Shown here in pieces: positions 11,507 to 25,778 of a stretch of 64,000 bases of DNA (positions are counted from its first letter, which is position 1; each line of letters begins with the position of its first letter). Position numbers and translations under genes: made by a program. Where the stretch lies: the NCBI GenBank assembly GCA_024137785.1, contig JAHRHZ010000002.1:19240685-19304684 (forward strand), written 5' to 3'. Under the pieces are notes generated by a model, which saw only the letters and a program-made list of their open reading frames with translations, did not search any database and was not told where the DNA came from. The DNA comes from Ginglymostoma cirratum. Lineage: Eukaryota.

Positions 11507-12289
11507 GTAAGTGCATAGTGACGCTCTAATTGTTGCTAATTATAAGAAAGGAATGTATCATTAATTATACCAAGGGGGCGATTACATGTATTTCTGAAAC
11601 CATAGCTTAATAAGTTGCTATATTGCATCAAGCAGACGCAGACTAAATATTATTTCCAAAATTAGATGAAGCATTTGTTCAATTACTCAAAACATTCAAT
11701 TATTGCATTTAGCTTCAAGACATGTTTAAACTCCAGCACTGAAAATCACTCGAGTAAAAGCGCCTCTGTCCTAAGCGCATTATAACCAAATACAAACGCC
11801 TTCTGGTAACAATTTATATTAACATCATTCTGTGAATGCGCTACTACATTAACACAGCTGCACATTTTCATGTAAGCAGTGATTAAATACCCGTAAACAT
11901 CTTATCTCCATCTCACTGATACCTTTCCTATTTGTTTTGCTAAATAGCTGCTTCGCTGAGTTACCAAGCTTCACCTACCAAACAGAATTTCAGTAAACAG
12001 GTTATTAGATCGGTGGTGTCCGAAAATCAAAGGTTACCTTCAACTTAATAACTGCAGATCATTTAGCTAAGCTACCCACAATATTCCCACTGTGGATTTC
12101 TGGGAGTCGTGAATCCTAACCCTTGATAAGAAGCTTTTTATACTTTTTTTGAAACCTATTGTACATCCTTTTTATGCTACTTGTGCTAGAAACATATCAA
12201 TAACATTTAATGAGTGCCAATGAAGACTTAGTTAGCCCTATGTTTCATTATTTCCTTGCTGTTTCTGATTAGCGAGACTTCAGCTGGAG

Positions 12290-13030
12290 AACGAATTTAT
12301 TTCTGGGCAAAACACTTTAGGGAGGATGTGAATGCATTAGATAGAGTGCAAAAGAGGTTTACGAAAGTAGTTCCCTGGATAAGTAGCTTGAATTATTTAG
12401 ATAGAAAGTAGAAATTGGAACTGTTTACTTTGTAGTTGAAAAGGCTGACTGGAGATTTGATAGAAGCTTTTTGATCACAGTAGATAGGGTGAAACTATTC
12501 TTCCTAAGAGTGACCAGAATGTAAGGACGTAGATGTAAATACATTTTCAAAAGGAACAAATGTGGGAGGAGAAATGAACTTTTCCACGCAGTGTATAAAA
12601 ACAAATTAATGCAAAAGGTAAATATCTGAAATAAAAGAAGAGAATGCCAGAGAAATCGACTAGTCTAGCAGCGGATTCCTTTTACTGACACTGAAAAAGG
12701 AAAGCTTAGTGCTCTGAAGAAAAGTCACATAGGACTGGAAATGAAGTCTATTTCTCTATCCATTGATGCTGCCAGACCTGCTGAGTTTCTGCAGCAATTG
12801 CTGTTTTACTTTCACGCAGTGAATGCATAGATCTGGAAAGTGCAGCCTGAGCTCGTGGTGTAAGAACGTTCAACCGAGACATTGGAACAGATACTATATG
12901 ATTATTTGAATAGAAACAATGAGCAAGGTTACCGGAAAACTGCAAAATGACAATTCATACTGCTCATTCAAGGAGACAGTGCGCACGTGGTAGGCCGAAT
13001 CGCCTTCTTCTGCACTGTAGTAATTCTGTG
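12290..13030 (+). mobile_element. Degenerate CR1 3' fragment with a nested Penelope-derived palindrome (~12600-12812)
   Basis: F..DV.AL.RVQKRFT-type sequence; gatgctgccagacctgctgagtt motif. Confidence 0.65.
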
Positions 13031-14123
13031 ATTTCATGTTGTGTTAATCCCCTGTAACCAATAGACACCAAATCAGTCAATTGTTTTACTATTTGGAATT
13101 GATCTAGCAAATCATTCTTCAGATCTTCTTGTTAAAAATGCACCATAGTTAGCAATATTAGCACTTACATATCATTGCCCTTAAATGAGGGATGAACCTT
13201 GCTGCCGTTCCCCATAGCAATGCTGAGTACTGGATATTCAGCTCGATCCAGTGACAAAAGACCACATGCAGCACTGCAGAAATAGACTAACCAGGATCAA
13301 ATACAATCTGAAAATGATCAAGCTGTATTCATTCATTTTTCCATCTGATATGCAGCAAATGGGGAGATATAACTTACACAAATGATTGTTGCAAAGTATT
13401 CTAGAAATTGAAAGGTACAGCGTAATATTTACTAACAATCTTTTAATCCAACTTAGCTTTTAGAAGTGGCGCAATTGTCTGTGTATATTTCTGCTATTAT
13501 AATTACAAATTTGATTAAAAACATTAATATGGATATTGAGGACTAATTTCAAAATATCAGACCATTTGAAGTTGATCTGAACCTTTACAGTAACAAGTCA
13601 GGTATCAGAAATAACGTGATTATATCACTGGTGATGTTCTGCAAATACTGATTTTTTTAAAATCCATTTATAATAATACTAATGCTCAGAAACTTTTCCC
13701 AGGGATGTTTATATTCTCTGGAGTCAGATACCTTATTTGTTTCGGGTAGTGATCAGAGTAAGATCTATTGTTCATTAGTTGAACACTACAGCATGCAGCT
13801 GAAACTCCACAGTTTTCAGACGCTATCTCTATGGATTTTGAAACTCATAGATCAATCCATGAAATTCAGTAAAAACTGAAAGGAAGCTTTTAAAGTGCAC
13901 AATCATTCAAATGACTGTACTTGAGTATGCCTCATCTAATATATTTGTAAACAGTTATAGCTTTCTTTGAGGTGAACAGCCGAAGGAAACATCCATGACA
14001 CAAGATAAAGAGCTCAAGATTACATTTTTTTTAATCCAGATAGGAAATGGCATTGCTTAATTTAATGACACGACGTAGAAAAATCTTGGGGGTGGGGGGG
14101 GGGGCCGGGGTTCCGCTCAGTAT

Positions 14124-14150
14124 ACACACACACACACACACACACACACA
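14124..14150. repeat. (CA)n microsatellite, preceded by a G-rich tract (14087-14110)
   Basis: Direct observation. Confidence 0.95.
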
Positions 14151-15094
14151 AGCATTAATTCACTTTACATGAAAAGATGCAGCTTATGTTACAAGAGAGA
14201 ACGTTGCTTGACTTCATTGCCTTAACAGAGGCTTGAAGAGGTTCAAGAGTTCATCAAAATGACGATCTCTCCCTTCACTGAATTAGTTTCTTATGGTAAC
14301 TTGTAACATAAGACTTGATAAGAACTGACGGTAGCTGGGAAAACGTCGGTTTGTACGCAACAAATAGGAAGGGGGATGAGATAGGGAGTAAACAATAGGA
14401 TAGTGCCTGAAGAAAGCGAAGAGCAAAAACAAAGTGCATTGAGCTGCTTTGGGACTTATTGGTAATGAAGTAATTAAAAAATCAGCATTTACTCCCTTAT
14501 CTTCTTTCTTTTAATTCTTTGAATTTCTTTAATTTTTTTTTCTCTCATTCTTTCTCTCCTGTCTTTCATCGTTCATTCTAATAATTTATTTTGCAATTAA
14601 TAACAAGACACTTTTGGATTTGGGCAAAGTATACCCTGAAGTTGCATGACGAAATATTGGACTTGAAATTTTAGAATTGCATATCTTTCAACCCAAAACA
14701 CCTCACGGTGCCTATTCACTGCCAATGAATGACGACTGAACTGTCATCCTGTGTGCTTGCGATGTCAACATACCAAAGAATTTACTCGCAGCAATGACCA
14801 GCAATCACAATGACATAAATCGCTCTTAAGTTTTTTTCTTGCTTTCTTTTGAACAGTAACATTTGGTTACCGCGCTAGCTGTACTTTATACACTTAAGAC
14901 AATTTGGGCAAAAATGTTCACGTAGTTACTGCTTTCAAATGATCTTAGAATAGCACTTTCAAACCTTGATTAATAACATTTCAGTCAAAAGTCATATTGA
15001 GACCATTAAACCAATTTGGCATGGGTACATGGTGCATAATATAATAAATTAGCCAATTATAATGGTTTTTTTTTCTGTTTCTGTGCACAACTAG

Positions 15095-15418
15095 GTATGG
15101 AGGCTGGTGATGTAGTTCAAACTCCCACTTCAATTCATATAATGGAAGGCGAGAGTGTGATTTTGAACTGCTCCTTTCATTTGCAAGGACTGGGTGCCTA
15201 CAGTTGGAGAAGAGACGACAGTCCCATAAACTTTGAATCACCGAGATACAAACAAAGAATTATAAAAGCTGACTATAATGCTTTCAATTTGGGGAAAGAC
15301 GCATCTATTCAAATTACGAATATGACAGAGTGCGACTCCGGCACATATTACTGTGAGGTTGAAATAATGGCGAAACAGAAGACTACAGGCAATGGAACCG
15401 TGGTTACTGTAGAACGGC
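15095..15418 (+). CDS. NCR3-like: Gene 1 exon 2: VJ-type Ig V domain, NKp30/NCR3-like
   Basis: Polypyrimidine-ag acceptor at 15094, C|gtaagg donor at 15419. DVVQTP..EGESVILNCSF..GAYSWRRD..DSGTYYCEVEIMAKQKTTGNGTVVTVE has the canonical C/W/C and GxGT, and parallels NKp30 (CSF..GSVTWFRD..YVCRVEVLGLGVGTGNGTRLVVE). Confidence 0.92.
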
Positions 15419-15735
15419 GTAAGGAACCGAACCGTAAGGAATTTTGAAGTTGTTTTTGGAATTAAAACGATACCTAATTGTTTCCCCACGCTATTATCAT
15501 TCCATTTCTCTGCAACTTTCCTCTGCCTTCGCCTCTGCGTTGCTCACTCTTGCTGCCCATGAGAATTACACATCTTTACCTCTCTTTTCCTCGCTCCAAA
15601 AGTCCATCTCGACTGCATGCTTTTGTGTTTGTCCCCGTGTTCCTGTCTCATCCTTCTCAATCGCTGTGTTATTTGCCTTTAGACTTTGCATGTACATTTA
15701 TAAATAAATGAATGATTTTTCATTCCTTTCAACAG

Positions 15736-15870
15736 ATGCTTGTGATAAAGCAAAACCTCTAAAAACCATGTCATTTGAATGGATATGGATTGCAGTGGCA
15801 GGAGGAGTCACGTTGCTGGTCACTCTGTCGCTGCTTGTGGTAATCATAATTCTTGCTCGACGAAACAAAG
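15736..15870 (+). CDS. NCR3-like: Gene 1 exon 3: stalk + transmembrane (H)ACDKAKPLKTMSFEWIWIAVAGGVTLLVTLSLLVVIIILARRNK
   Basis: tttcaacag| acceptor, AAG|gtact donor, 135 nt, phase 1-1. Long uncharged hydrophobic helix followed by RRNK. Confidence 0.88.
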
Positions 15871-16864
15871 GTACTTGATATATTGGAAATGGCAAGAATG
15901 TCATGGATTCATAACGCTTTCTATCCCTTGACTCATAGTACCAAAATATTGTAATAATATGATAGCTCTTTTGAAATTTTGGAGTAAATTGTTAACATAT
16001 TTTCCATTTTGCAATGAATCAAGCTTAGATAGTGCTAATGTTTTTCATGGGTTATCTGAACAGCTCTGGTATCCAGGTTACGCAAAGGTATTTTGCCCGT
16101 GGAGAAGCTGCAGAAAAAAATGATTTATTCGAATTATACCAGGACTTAGAATCTATGCCTATCAGGAATGAATATACTGGCAAAGTAAGCATAAAACAGG
16201 GATATCTTCAAGATTGTGACAACGTTTGATAAGTATAGATTCACAAAAGATACATCTGTTAAATGATAATAGATGGGCCTTTAATGTGAAATTATTACTG
16301 ATGATGTCAGTATTTAATTGTGGAAAAACAATTTTATCCAGAGAGTGTTTAGAATGTGTAACTCGCCACAACAAAGTGTAACTGAGGTGACTAGGATAAA
16401 TACATTTTAGGAGAACTTGGACAATCGTAAGAGACAAGGAATTGGTATATCGAACATATAATGGCGTTAGATGAGGAAGGGTTTGAATAATCTGATAACA
16501 AACAACGATAGGATGATGTTAGTTTGAATGACCAACTTTTGTGTTCTAATTATAACAAAACTTTCAGACGTCTGTTGTGCTGGGGCACGTTTTGCTTTTC
16601 AGGCAACGTAAGGTAATATGTCTTAATAAAAATACTTGTAACCTGATCCTGCTTACGTGGAAAAATAACGGGGAGGAAATGAAATTAAGCAGTAAAAGAG
16701 AATGAATTAGTGCTAGCAGACATTGCAGTTCAGACCTTAATGTCAACCAACAGATTATAACAAGATCAGCAGAGATACATGAATGTTTAACAAATAGATA
16801 CAGTTTGTCATTGTGCTGTCGTATTAATAAATAACCATTATTCTGCTCTACCATTTTCTTACAG

Positions 16865-16883
16865 CATACGCTTTGCTTGTCAG
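16865..16883 (+). CDS. Gene 1 candidate cytoplasmic micro-exon (A)YALLV(R)
   Basis: ttttcttacag| ... AG|gttagt, 19 nt, phase 1-2, frame-compatible with exon 3 and the next exon. Confidence 0.55.
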
Positions 16884-16969
16884 GTTAGTCACTCAACAAC
16901 TTGCTTGTCGGTATATTTTGGTGCTCTGCTTTTCTCTGAATGTTTGTTAAGTATCTTCTTATTCTGCAG

Positions 16970-17004
16970 AGAATGTTCCTCCTTCGACTCTGCAAAAGAG
17001 CTGG
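16970..17004 (+). CDS. Gene 1 candidate cytoplasmic exon (R)ECSSFDSAKEL
   Basis: tcttcttattctgcag| ... G|gtgagt, 35 nt, phase 2-1, open. Confidence 0.55.
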
Positions 17005-17085
17005 GTGAGTGATGTCCATCTTTATTCGGTTCGCTCAAAACTCTGTCAAGGATTGCATGAAAATAATGATTCCGCACGCGCATGC

Positions 17086-17087
17086 GT

Positions 17088-17126
<39 letters not shown>

Positions 17127-17134
17127 TGTGTGTG
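17086..17134. repeat. Compound (TG)n(AG)n microsatellite
   Basis: Direct observation. Confidence 0.95.
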
Positions 17135-19129
17135 ATTGCTTCAAATCAATGATTTCTACTACGCTTGGGTTGGAAAATAGAACCTTAATCAGAGCATACA
17201 AACACGTTGTTATTTGTAAAGAAAAGTTTTTATATTCATCGTTGCGTCTGACAAATATAAACCCGACATGGACAATCAATTGGCATTAGTAAGAGAAGTA
17301 TTAGATCCTACAGGATTCTCTTTGCTCAGAGCAGTAACGAGCATCTACATATCACTTTTATTTGGAGACCAAGCGACTTTCCATGAAGGTTCGAATTTGA
17401 TCACATTTCATCTACATTTTGAGACTTCAAAGAAGGTGAAATGTCAATGGGCGGAGCCCCTGAACAGATTGAACAGAAATTGTTTCAGGATAGGATTCAC
17501 TGAAGGAACTTAAGAGGTGCTTCAGCTGCATTATTTCATGACGTGCTAAAGCCTCGGATTACAACTTTGGCAAGGTTGGCCAAACATAGTCCTCCTAATT
17601 GCTATCAGCATTCGAGGTATTGTAAGATGATAGTTTCACTTAGACTCATTTATAAACGTCCACAATGCCTTTGCAAGAACTTGGAATTATTCAAATCAAT
17701 AGCAGTTTCAGAGATGCTGATAAGCAGGCTATGCTTTTAAGAAGAAGTAGAGGGTAAGGTGCTGGGAAAATATTTGTAAAATTCGTTTTAACGTGAAACG
17801 AATACATTCATATACTTAACATAAAAGGACAAAGACTTTGTTAAATCTCAATTTCTTTGGAATGCAATTTTAAATCAAAATGAGTGCACACTATTTTAAC
17901 AACAATATTTACCTTCTTAGAATATCCTAGGCATTTTAAGAATATTTAATCTCAAGTCTTAATTGCTCTAAACATCTTGAAGATATATATTCCTTGCTGC
18001 ACCCCCATCAGCTTAAATTTGCCAATTACTCAAGAGGCATAGTCAAGGATATCAACGTTGCTTAAACAAGAGCATAATAACATAAAAATTACTATACAAA
18101 TGTACAAATTTCACACAGGAGTAAGCCACTTGGTATCTCGAATCTGCAAGGCCACTCAGATACTTCACGTTCCTGTCTAATGTATAATCTTTGGCAATGT
18201 ATAATCTTTGTTTATCAAGAACCTGTTCATCTGTATTTTTTTTTAAAAAAAATGTTTTCCCTTCCATTGAAGACGAGATTTCCAATGATTCCAGACACTT
18301 TATGAGAAAAAAAATCTTCCCACGTCTGTTTTAAATGAGCGACCCCTTAAATAGTGATCCTAGTTCTAGATCCACCAGCATGTAGAAGCATCTAGTCCAT
18401 GTCTACCCCGTCAAGACTTCTCAGCACCTTAAATATTTGAATCAAGCCAGCTCTTACTCAACAATTGGTACAAGTCTATAGACTTCTGAACTTATTCTCA
18501 TAAGAAAAGGAATCCATTTCAGGAGTAGAACTAAGTCATGCGAAACCGTAAGCTGTTCTACAATTCAATGCCATCATGAATTATCAGCTATATTAACCAC
18601 ATTTTACCCTTTAGTAGCCAGCCAACATGTTCAGAATGTGCTGATTTATTGAGAAATTTGGTCAGTTAATTTTAGTTTCAAAAACAAAGGCAGAAGAACT
18701 CAGTAAACAGTTGACTAATTTTTGTGTATCAAAAGCCTACAATTAATATAGAGAGAATATACTCATCAAAAAAATTCAATCAAAGGTCTTGGATTGCTTT
18801 TAATCGGCATAAGGAGGCTCTAAAAGTTTAAGTGCTATGCATTATGTTAAATAGTTCTGAATACAATGACAGTGTGGAGATATACATTGTCACAAAAAAA
18901 ATCATTTATTATTTTATTCTATTTTCTTGGAATAAGTTCAATCTCCAATATAGGCTGTGATCTTGCACTTTATTGAGCTTCCTAAATCTATTCTTTTTTT
19001 CATAGCTAGTAAAGGAATTCCCAAAGAATCCCTTTTCAGCCGTTTTCTGGAAAATGGTTAAACAAGCTGGGTCATGCTCACTTTCCACAGAGATATTAAC
19101 AAATAAATTAAAGAGTAACATTAAACGCT

Positions 19130-20110
19130 ACATTTTTTAGGCTGGCAGGTTGTGTTAGTGAAGTGACAGAAATGTCAATGCTTTGGCCCAGCTGTACAAA
19201 GGCTATTTAAATGATTTGGACGTGGGGACCAAATGCAATGTTTCAAAGTTTGCAGAGGATATAAAATGTGGTGATTTTGCGAATTTTGCGGAGATTTCAA
19301 AAATGCTTCAACAGAGGTCATATGGATAGAGTCAATGATTGGGCAAATTGTACAGCAGATAGGAAGTAAGAGGATAAGATATTGTTTTTGGTAGGCAGAA
19401 CACAGGTGCAGATTTTACTTAATGGTCAGACATTCTAAAAGGTTGAATTCCCAAGGGACTTAAATGTCTTTTTTTGTAAGTCGCTGAATGCTAACATGCA
19501 GATACAGCAAGCAATTCGGAGAGCAAACGATATGCTCGACTTCATAGCAAGTACATTTGCGAACAGCAGGAATGAACGTTTGCTTTAACTTCATAGGGCA
19601 GTGGTGACACCACGTTTGGATTATTGTACGCAGTATGGTCCGTTTGCCTAAGGGACACACTTTCTGTAGGTGGAATGTTTGCGAGGTTCATCAGACTGAT
19701 TCATTGGATGGTGGAACATGCCTGCGTGTACTGGACCTTAGAAGAATAGAGGCAATCTCAGAGAATGTGACAAAATTTCAAAGAGATTGACTAGGTCGAA
19801 GCAGAAAATATTTTTCTCGGATTATTAGATCTAGAACCAAGGGTCACAGTCTCAACGTAAAAGGGAAGTCGTTTAGAACTCAGGTGAGGAGAAATACTCA
19901 GGGATTGGTGAATCTTTGCAACTTCATGCCTCAGACAGAGTGGTAAAGTAGTTGATAAGTATGTTCAAGATAGTGATTGATAGATTTCTAGATATTAATG
20001 GCAGCAAGAGAAATGGAAATGCATGGGAATATGGGGTTGAGCGTCATGATATAAAATGGGAGGACATTCTATGGCTGAATGGCTTACTCCTTCCCCTATG
20101 CTCCTATCTT
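19130..20110 (+). mobile_element. Degenerate CR1 RT/3' fragment
   Basis: SKFAED.K and V.PRLDYC.Q.GP-like remnants, CR1 3' UTR. Confidence 0.75.
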
Positions 20111-20162
20111 TTAAATACAGTCAATCAAGTCCTGCCACATGCAATTTCTTTAAGCAGTATGC

Positions 20163-23100
20163 ATATAGGATATAGGACATAGGACAGTAAAGCCTTCAGC
20201 CCATCGTGCGCGTGCTGACCATGAATCCATTTTAAATTAGTCCCATCTGCCTGCCTGATCCCTCTATATTCTAGCTGTTCACATGTCTGCATAAATGCCC
20301 CTTAAACATTGTTATGGTATCAATATATGCTATCTCACCTGAGTGTGCATTCCTTGCACGTATCACGCTCGTGAAAAAGAAACTCACCTTGTACATCTCC
20401 TTCAATCTTTAACCATCTCAGTTTAAACTTATGGCTTCTAAGTATTTGACATTTCCACTTGAGGGAAAAAAACTCAGACTGTCTGCCTAATCCATGCCTC
20501 TTACAATTTTATATATTTCTATCAGGTTGCCCTTCAACCTCCGATGCGTAGCAAAATCAATCCAAGTTTGTCCAAATTCTCCTTAAAGCTAATAACCTCC
20601 AATCCAGGTAATATCCTTACAATCTTTCTTGCACTGTCTCCAACGCCTTTGCATCTTTTCTATAATATGGTGACGAGAACTGTGCAGAGTACAAGGGTGG
20701 ATTAACTAAAGTTTTATACAACTGAAAAATGACTTGCCAACTTTTATACTCAATGCCCCAACTGATGAAGGCAGCATGCCATATGCCATCATTACCACAT
20801 TATCGACTTGCATTGCCACTTTGAGGGAACTATAGACTTGCATCACAAGATCCCTCTGTATATCAATGCTCTAAGGGTCTTGCCATTTATATATACTTCC
20901 CACACGTGTTTGTCCTTCCAAATGCATTGCTTCACGCTTGCCCAGATAAAACTCCATCTGACATTCCTCTACCAAGCTTTCTAACTGATCTATATCCCTC
21001 GACAACCTTCCACATTATTCACAACTCCACCAATTTTCGTGTCATCTGTAAACTGACTAGTTAGACTACTCACATTTTCATTCAAATCATTTATATATAT
21101 TACAAACAGCAGAGATCTCAGCTCTGATCATTGCACTGGTAACAGATCTCCAGTCTGAAATACACCTCTCTACAACTACACTTAGTTTTCTATGACAAAG
21201 CCAATTTTGTATCCAACTTACCAACTCATCGTGGATTCGAAGTGACTAGCTTACCAAGAAGGACTTTAAGTGCTTTTGTAAAGTCCATGGAGACAACATC
21301 CACTTCCCTCCCCTCATCATTCATCTTCATCACTTCCTGAAAAAAATCAAGCAAATTTGTGAGACAAGACCGCTGCCCCCACACACAAAGTCATGCTGAC
21401 TATCTCTGATAAATGCATTCTTTTCCAAATGCATGTAAATCCTGTCCCTAAGAATCTTTTCCAATAATGTCTCTACTTCTGATGTAAGAGTCACCAGTCT
21501 ATAATTTCCCAGATTATCCCTGTTGTCCTTCTTAAACAATGAATCAACAATTGCTATTCTTCAGTCTTCTGGGACCTCACCAGAGAGTAAAAAGGATATA
21601 TTAATGTCTCTGTCAACGCCACAGCAATCTCTTTCTTTGCCTCTCTCAGTCTCATGGGATAGATACCATCAGGCCCCAGGGAATTATCTATCTCAATGTC
21701 TTTCAAGCCAAGCAACAGCTCCACCTTCTTAATATCGTCATGCCCTAGAAATCAACATACTGGTCCCTCATGCTGCCAATTTCAATTTCCTTCTCCCTGG
21801 TGAATACTGAATGAAGTACTTATTAAGAACTTCGCCCACTTTCTCTGGCTCAGTGCATAAATTGTTCCTTTGTCCTGGGCTGGACCTATACTTCCCTCAA
21901 GTGCACTCTTGCTCCTCATATACGTGTAAAATACCTTGGAATTCTTATTAATCCTACATATCAAGGACATTTCATTGCCCCTTTTAACCTTCCTAATTCC
22001 TTGCTTAATTTCTTCCCTGTTGCCTTCAAATACCTCCAGGGAATTGTCTGATTTCAGTTTCCTAAACTTTACTTTCATTTCTTTTTCATTTTTGAGTAAA
22101 CTTTCAATATCTTTTGTCACCCAGGGTTTCCAAATCAAGCCACCCTCACCTTTCATCCTCACATAAACATGCTGGTCCTGAACTTTGATCAACTGGCCTT
22201 CATAAAAACTTCCGCACGTCAGATGTAGATTTACCCTCAAACAGCACTCCTAATCTAATTTCTCCACTTCCTGCTTAACTATGTTGCAATTAGTCTTCTG
22301 TTAATTTAGCAGCTTCAACAAGCACCAGCCTTATTCTTATCCATAACTATCTTAATGCTTATGGAATTATGAACACTGTTTCCAAAATGCCCCACTGTTG
22401 AATCTTTGATTACCTGGCCAGGTTCATTTTCCAGGATATGATCTAGTACGGCCCCTTCTCTCGTTGGACTATTGACCTATTTACAAGAAACCCTCCTGGA
22501 TGAGCCCAACAAATACTGCCCCATAGAAGTCCCTGGTACGAAGGGAGACCCAGTCAATACTGTGAAAGTTAAAATCTCCAACTATGACAAGACTGTTGTT
22601 TTACACATTTCCACACATGCATACATATCTATTCCTCTATTTTCCACCAGCTGTGTGGAGGTCTACTTATAATACCCATCATAGTGATTGCACATTTCTT
22701 ATTCTGGAGTTCTACCCATATGACTTTCCGGGATTGTCACTCCAAGATGTTTTCTCTTGGCGCAGATTTTTAAATCTCCTTAATCAATAATGCAATTCCC
22801 CTACCCCTTTTAAATTACTCGCTAAAATGCCTGAAACATTTAAACTTTGGATTGCTGAACTGCCAGTCCTTCCCCTCTCTCTGTGATGGCTACAAAATCG
22901 TTGTTCTATGTATTAATCCAGGCACTAAGGTAATCTACCTTACCTGTTATACTCCTTGATTTGATTTGATTTGATTTATTATTGTCACATGTACCAAAAT
23001 ATGGGAAAAAGTATTGTTTTGCGTGCTAACTGGAAAAAAATCATAGCTTACATAAGTACCTCAGGATAATAGAGCAGAAATTAACATAAATGCACTTCAG

Positions 23101-23260
23101 ACTGCCACTTCCACGTGTTGATTAACCTGGCCCTATCTGTTCTTCCTGTTAGACTTATGTAACTTCTACATTCTCCTCAATCACTCCACATGCTAACTGC
23201 TTGCTTTGTTTCCCTTGCCCCAGTAGTTTACACTCTCCCAAATGACATTAGCATATGGAG
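20163..23260 (-). mobile_element. Long (~3.1 kb) degenerate CR1 LINE (EN-RT) in a gene 1 intron
   Basis: ORF fragments FKK..RDN.GNYR.VTLTS, PWVTKDI, KVFYTYMRSK; atagga tail at 20163. Confidence 0.88.
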
Positions 23261-23507
23261 TACTAAATAATATTACATAGGCTTCCTCCGATTAGAGTCA
23301 CAGACTTAATTGATGCTTTCAACGTAAAACTTGTTATGAAGCATTTTACATCCTTTAACATTATGAACTCTTGGTGAAAATTAATGGTCATGGTAGTGGG
23401 TATGTTCGTCGACAGTAAAGCCAATGGTGAGTCTGTTAACTGACATTTATAGGAGTGCCATCGAAATGAAATCTCAATTATGCAATAAGATTTGGGGTTC
23501 AGGCCTA

Positions 23508-23858
23508 ATCATCGAATCCCTGCAATGCAGACAGATGCCATTCGTCCCACTGAGTCTGCACCAACCCTCCAAAAAGCACCAACCCAGACCTCACCCCCTT
23601 ACCACACCCACATCGATCCCCATAACCGCACATTTGCCATAGATAATCCACCTAGGCAACATGCCCTTGGAAGTTACAGGGCAATTTAGCATGGCCAATC
23701 CACCTCAACTGTACTTCTTTGGACTGTGTGAGTTGAAACCCACAACAGATAAGGGAAGAACATGTAAACGCCACTCAAGCAGTCACACCTGGTTGGGATC
23801 AATCGCAGGTCCCTGGTGTTGTGAGACAGATGTGCTAACCACTATGCCACCGTGCTGC
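23508..23858 (-). mobile_element. HE1/V-SINE, diverged
   Basis: tRNA-like head and V-type core. Confidence 0.75.
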
Positions 23859-24949
23859 TCGTACCTAGACAAGCTTCACCAAGACAAGTATCCCACATTT
23901 TCTCAATCGGAGGAAACACCATCAGGTGTCAGCAAATCAGCAGTTCAAGCTGCGTCACAGTTGCAGGTTGTCTCTGGTACTGAATGAGGCTTAGTGATAA
24001 AAATTTTCAAGCTTCCAGATGAAATTTTATTGAGCACATCAACCAGGACTAGTCATGGTGACACAGAAAAATGGTTAGAGCTTTATTTTGGAGGCTAGGT
24101 TCGCATGGAACCTGTGCATCCACCTCATGACCCCTCAATTGGTTAAGTGTCATGATTAGACTGTGTCCCCCAACCTCTCCACAGACTTATCTGTCAGAAT
24201 TCACCTTGCAGTTTACTTAAATGTTATTGCATATGCTTACTAATAGATGAATAGTTGCCCTGGTGCGATCAAGCCTTTAAATTGTCATTAAGTGGTCTTA
24301 TAACAGTCCAACTATTTGCCAAATAAGGAAGGTCCTCTACTTTCCATTTTGCTGTTACATTGTGCACCTCTTTGCCTCCCAGACCATCCCTGGGATAGCA
24401 TTAAATTACATTCACTGTATTTGTTGAATTTTTTCAGAAAACAAGTGCAATTGTGACAAAGACCTTCAGAAATTAGTCATCACAAAAGACAAATAACTTG
24501 TTTACTAAGTGATTCTAGTTTTCCTTGGCAATCACATTTTACAATGTTATGATAAAAATTAAGTTAACAGACGCACACGGACATTCTGATCCACATCCTA
24601 CTGACCTACTATACACAGCTAGAACATTTCACAGCTTCAGATACGCTTTGTTGATTTTAACACCTTGTAGAAATTTCTAAGATTGTGCAATACTTTCCTT
24701 CTTCTTTAAAGTTTATTGTAAATGACGATAAGTTCAATTGGTCATGGCTGTAAGCATTTGTGCGCATTGCTGTTAACAGGCAGTAAGAACATACAGCATG
24801 ACTGAAAAGCTCATAGCCAAAATCTTGGTTAAAAGCACTTACAAAAATATGCTTTATAAATAGAAGGTTTATTCAATCCAAAATATCCAATATATGTCAA
24901 AACACATTCCATAAATAATTCATTAACTTTAATTCTCTTTTGTCTAAAG

Positions 24950-24996
24950 CAGAATTGCCACAAAGGAAGAAAATGCGAAATCCTGTCCAGCATCAG
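24950..24996 (+). CDS. Gene 1 candidate cytoplasmic exon (A)ELPQRKKMRNPVQHQ
   Basis: ctcttttgtctaaag|cag NAGNAG acceptor, CAG|gtaaat donor, phase 1-0, open. The terminal exon is not resolved. Confidence 0.45.
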
Positions 24997-25778
24997 GTAA
25001 ATTGATATTTGCCTATTTTGTTACATGTGTTCTCACGGATGATATAGGTCAAAACTTCACAGATATTTATGTGCAATTGAGTTAATTTAATCAATTTACT
25101 TAGTAGAAATTCATCAGTTAACACCACTGGAAAAACTATGATACATTGTGTAGAAATATCTGAGCATACAGTGATCAAAGCAAAATGCACAGATGCAGAT
25201 TGAAACAGTAAGTAGTTTCAGGTAGTTCATCTCTCATGTTCTTCCAAATGTATAGCAGTAAGGACTGCCATTTGAACAGCTTTTATTTTTTAAAATTCTC
25301 AGTTTTAAGGATGGCTTGACACTTTCATAGGAAGAGGGAAATATTACATTTGAAAAGAGATAGAGAATTTGTTATTTGTTTTACCCTTCCCAATTTGATT
25401 TTTCCGCTTGAAATAACACTTCAAATACTTCAAAATTTATAAGTCAAGAATTTTAAAGCTCCTCAGAGCAATGTAGGTTCTGCTCGTGGAATTTGTCAAT
25501 AGAAAGCATCTCAGCCACTGTTTCCGTTTGCAGAAGGTGTTAAGGTCAATGAGAAATTATGTGGTTATTTCTTAGTGTAGGCATTTACCCTAAGTGGGAC
25601 ACTGCAACCTATATACCTTTGCAGCAGCAGAAGCTTCAGAAGCTATTTCATCACCAGAATCTAACCACAGCATGCAACGATACAATTCCAATCATGCAAA
25701 CATGATATAGCGTTGCAAAATGTCAAATGGGAATAAATTTACCCACTTAATGTACTACTTTATTTTGTTACTCTGCAG

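Noticed and set aside
16032-16229. ORF containing ELYQDL as an ITAM/ITIM exon of gene 1
   Set aside because: The available acceptors enter this frame in phase 0 or 2, incompatible with the phase-1 TM donor.
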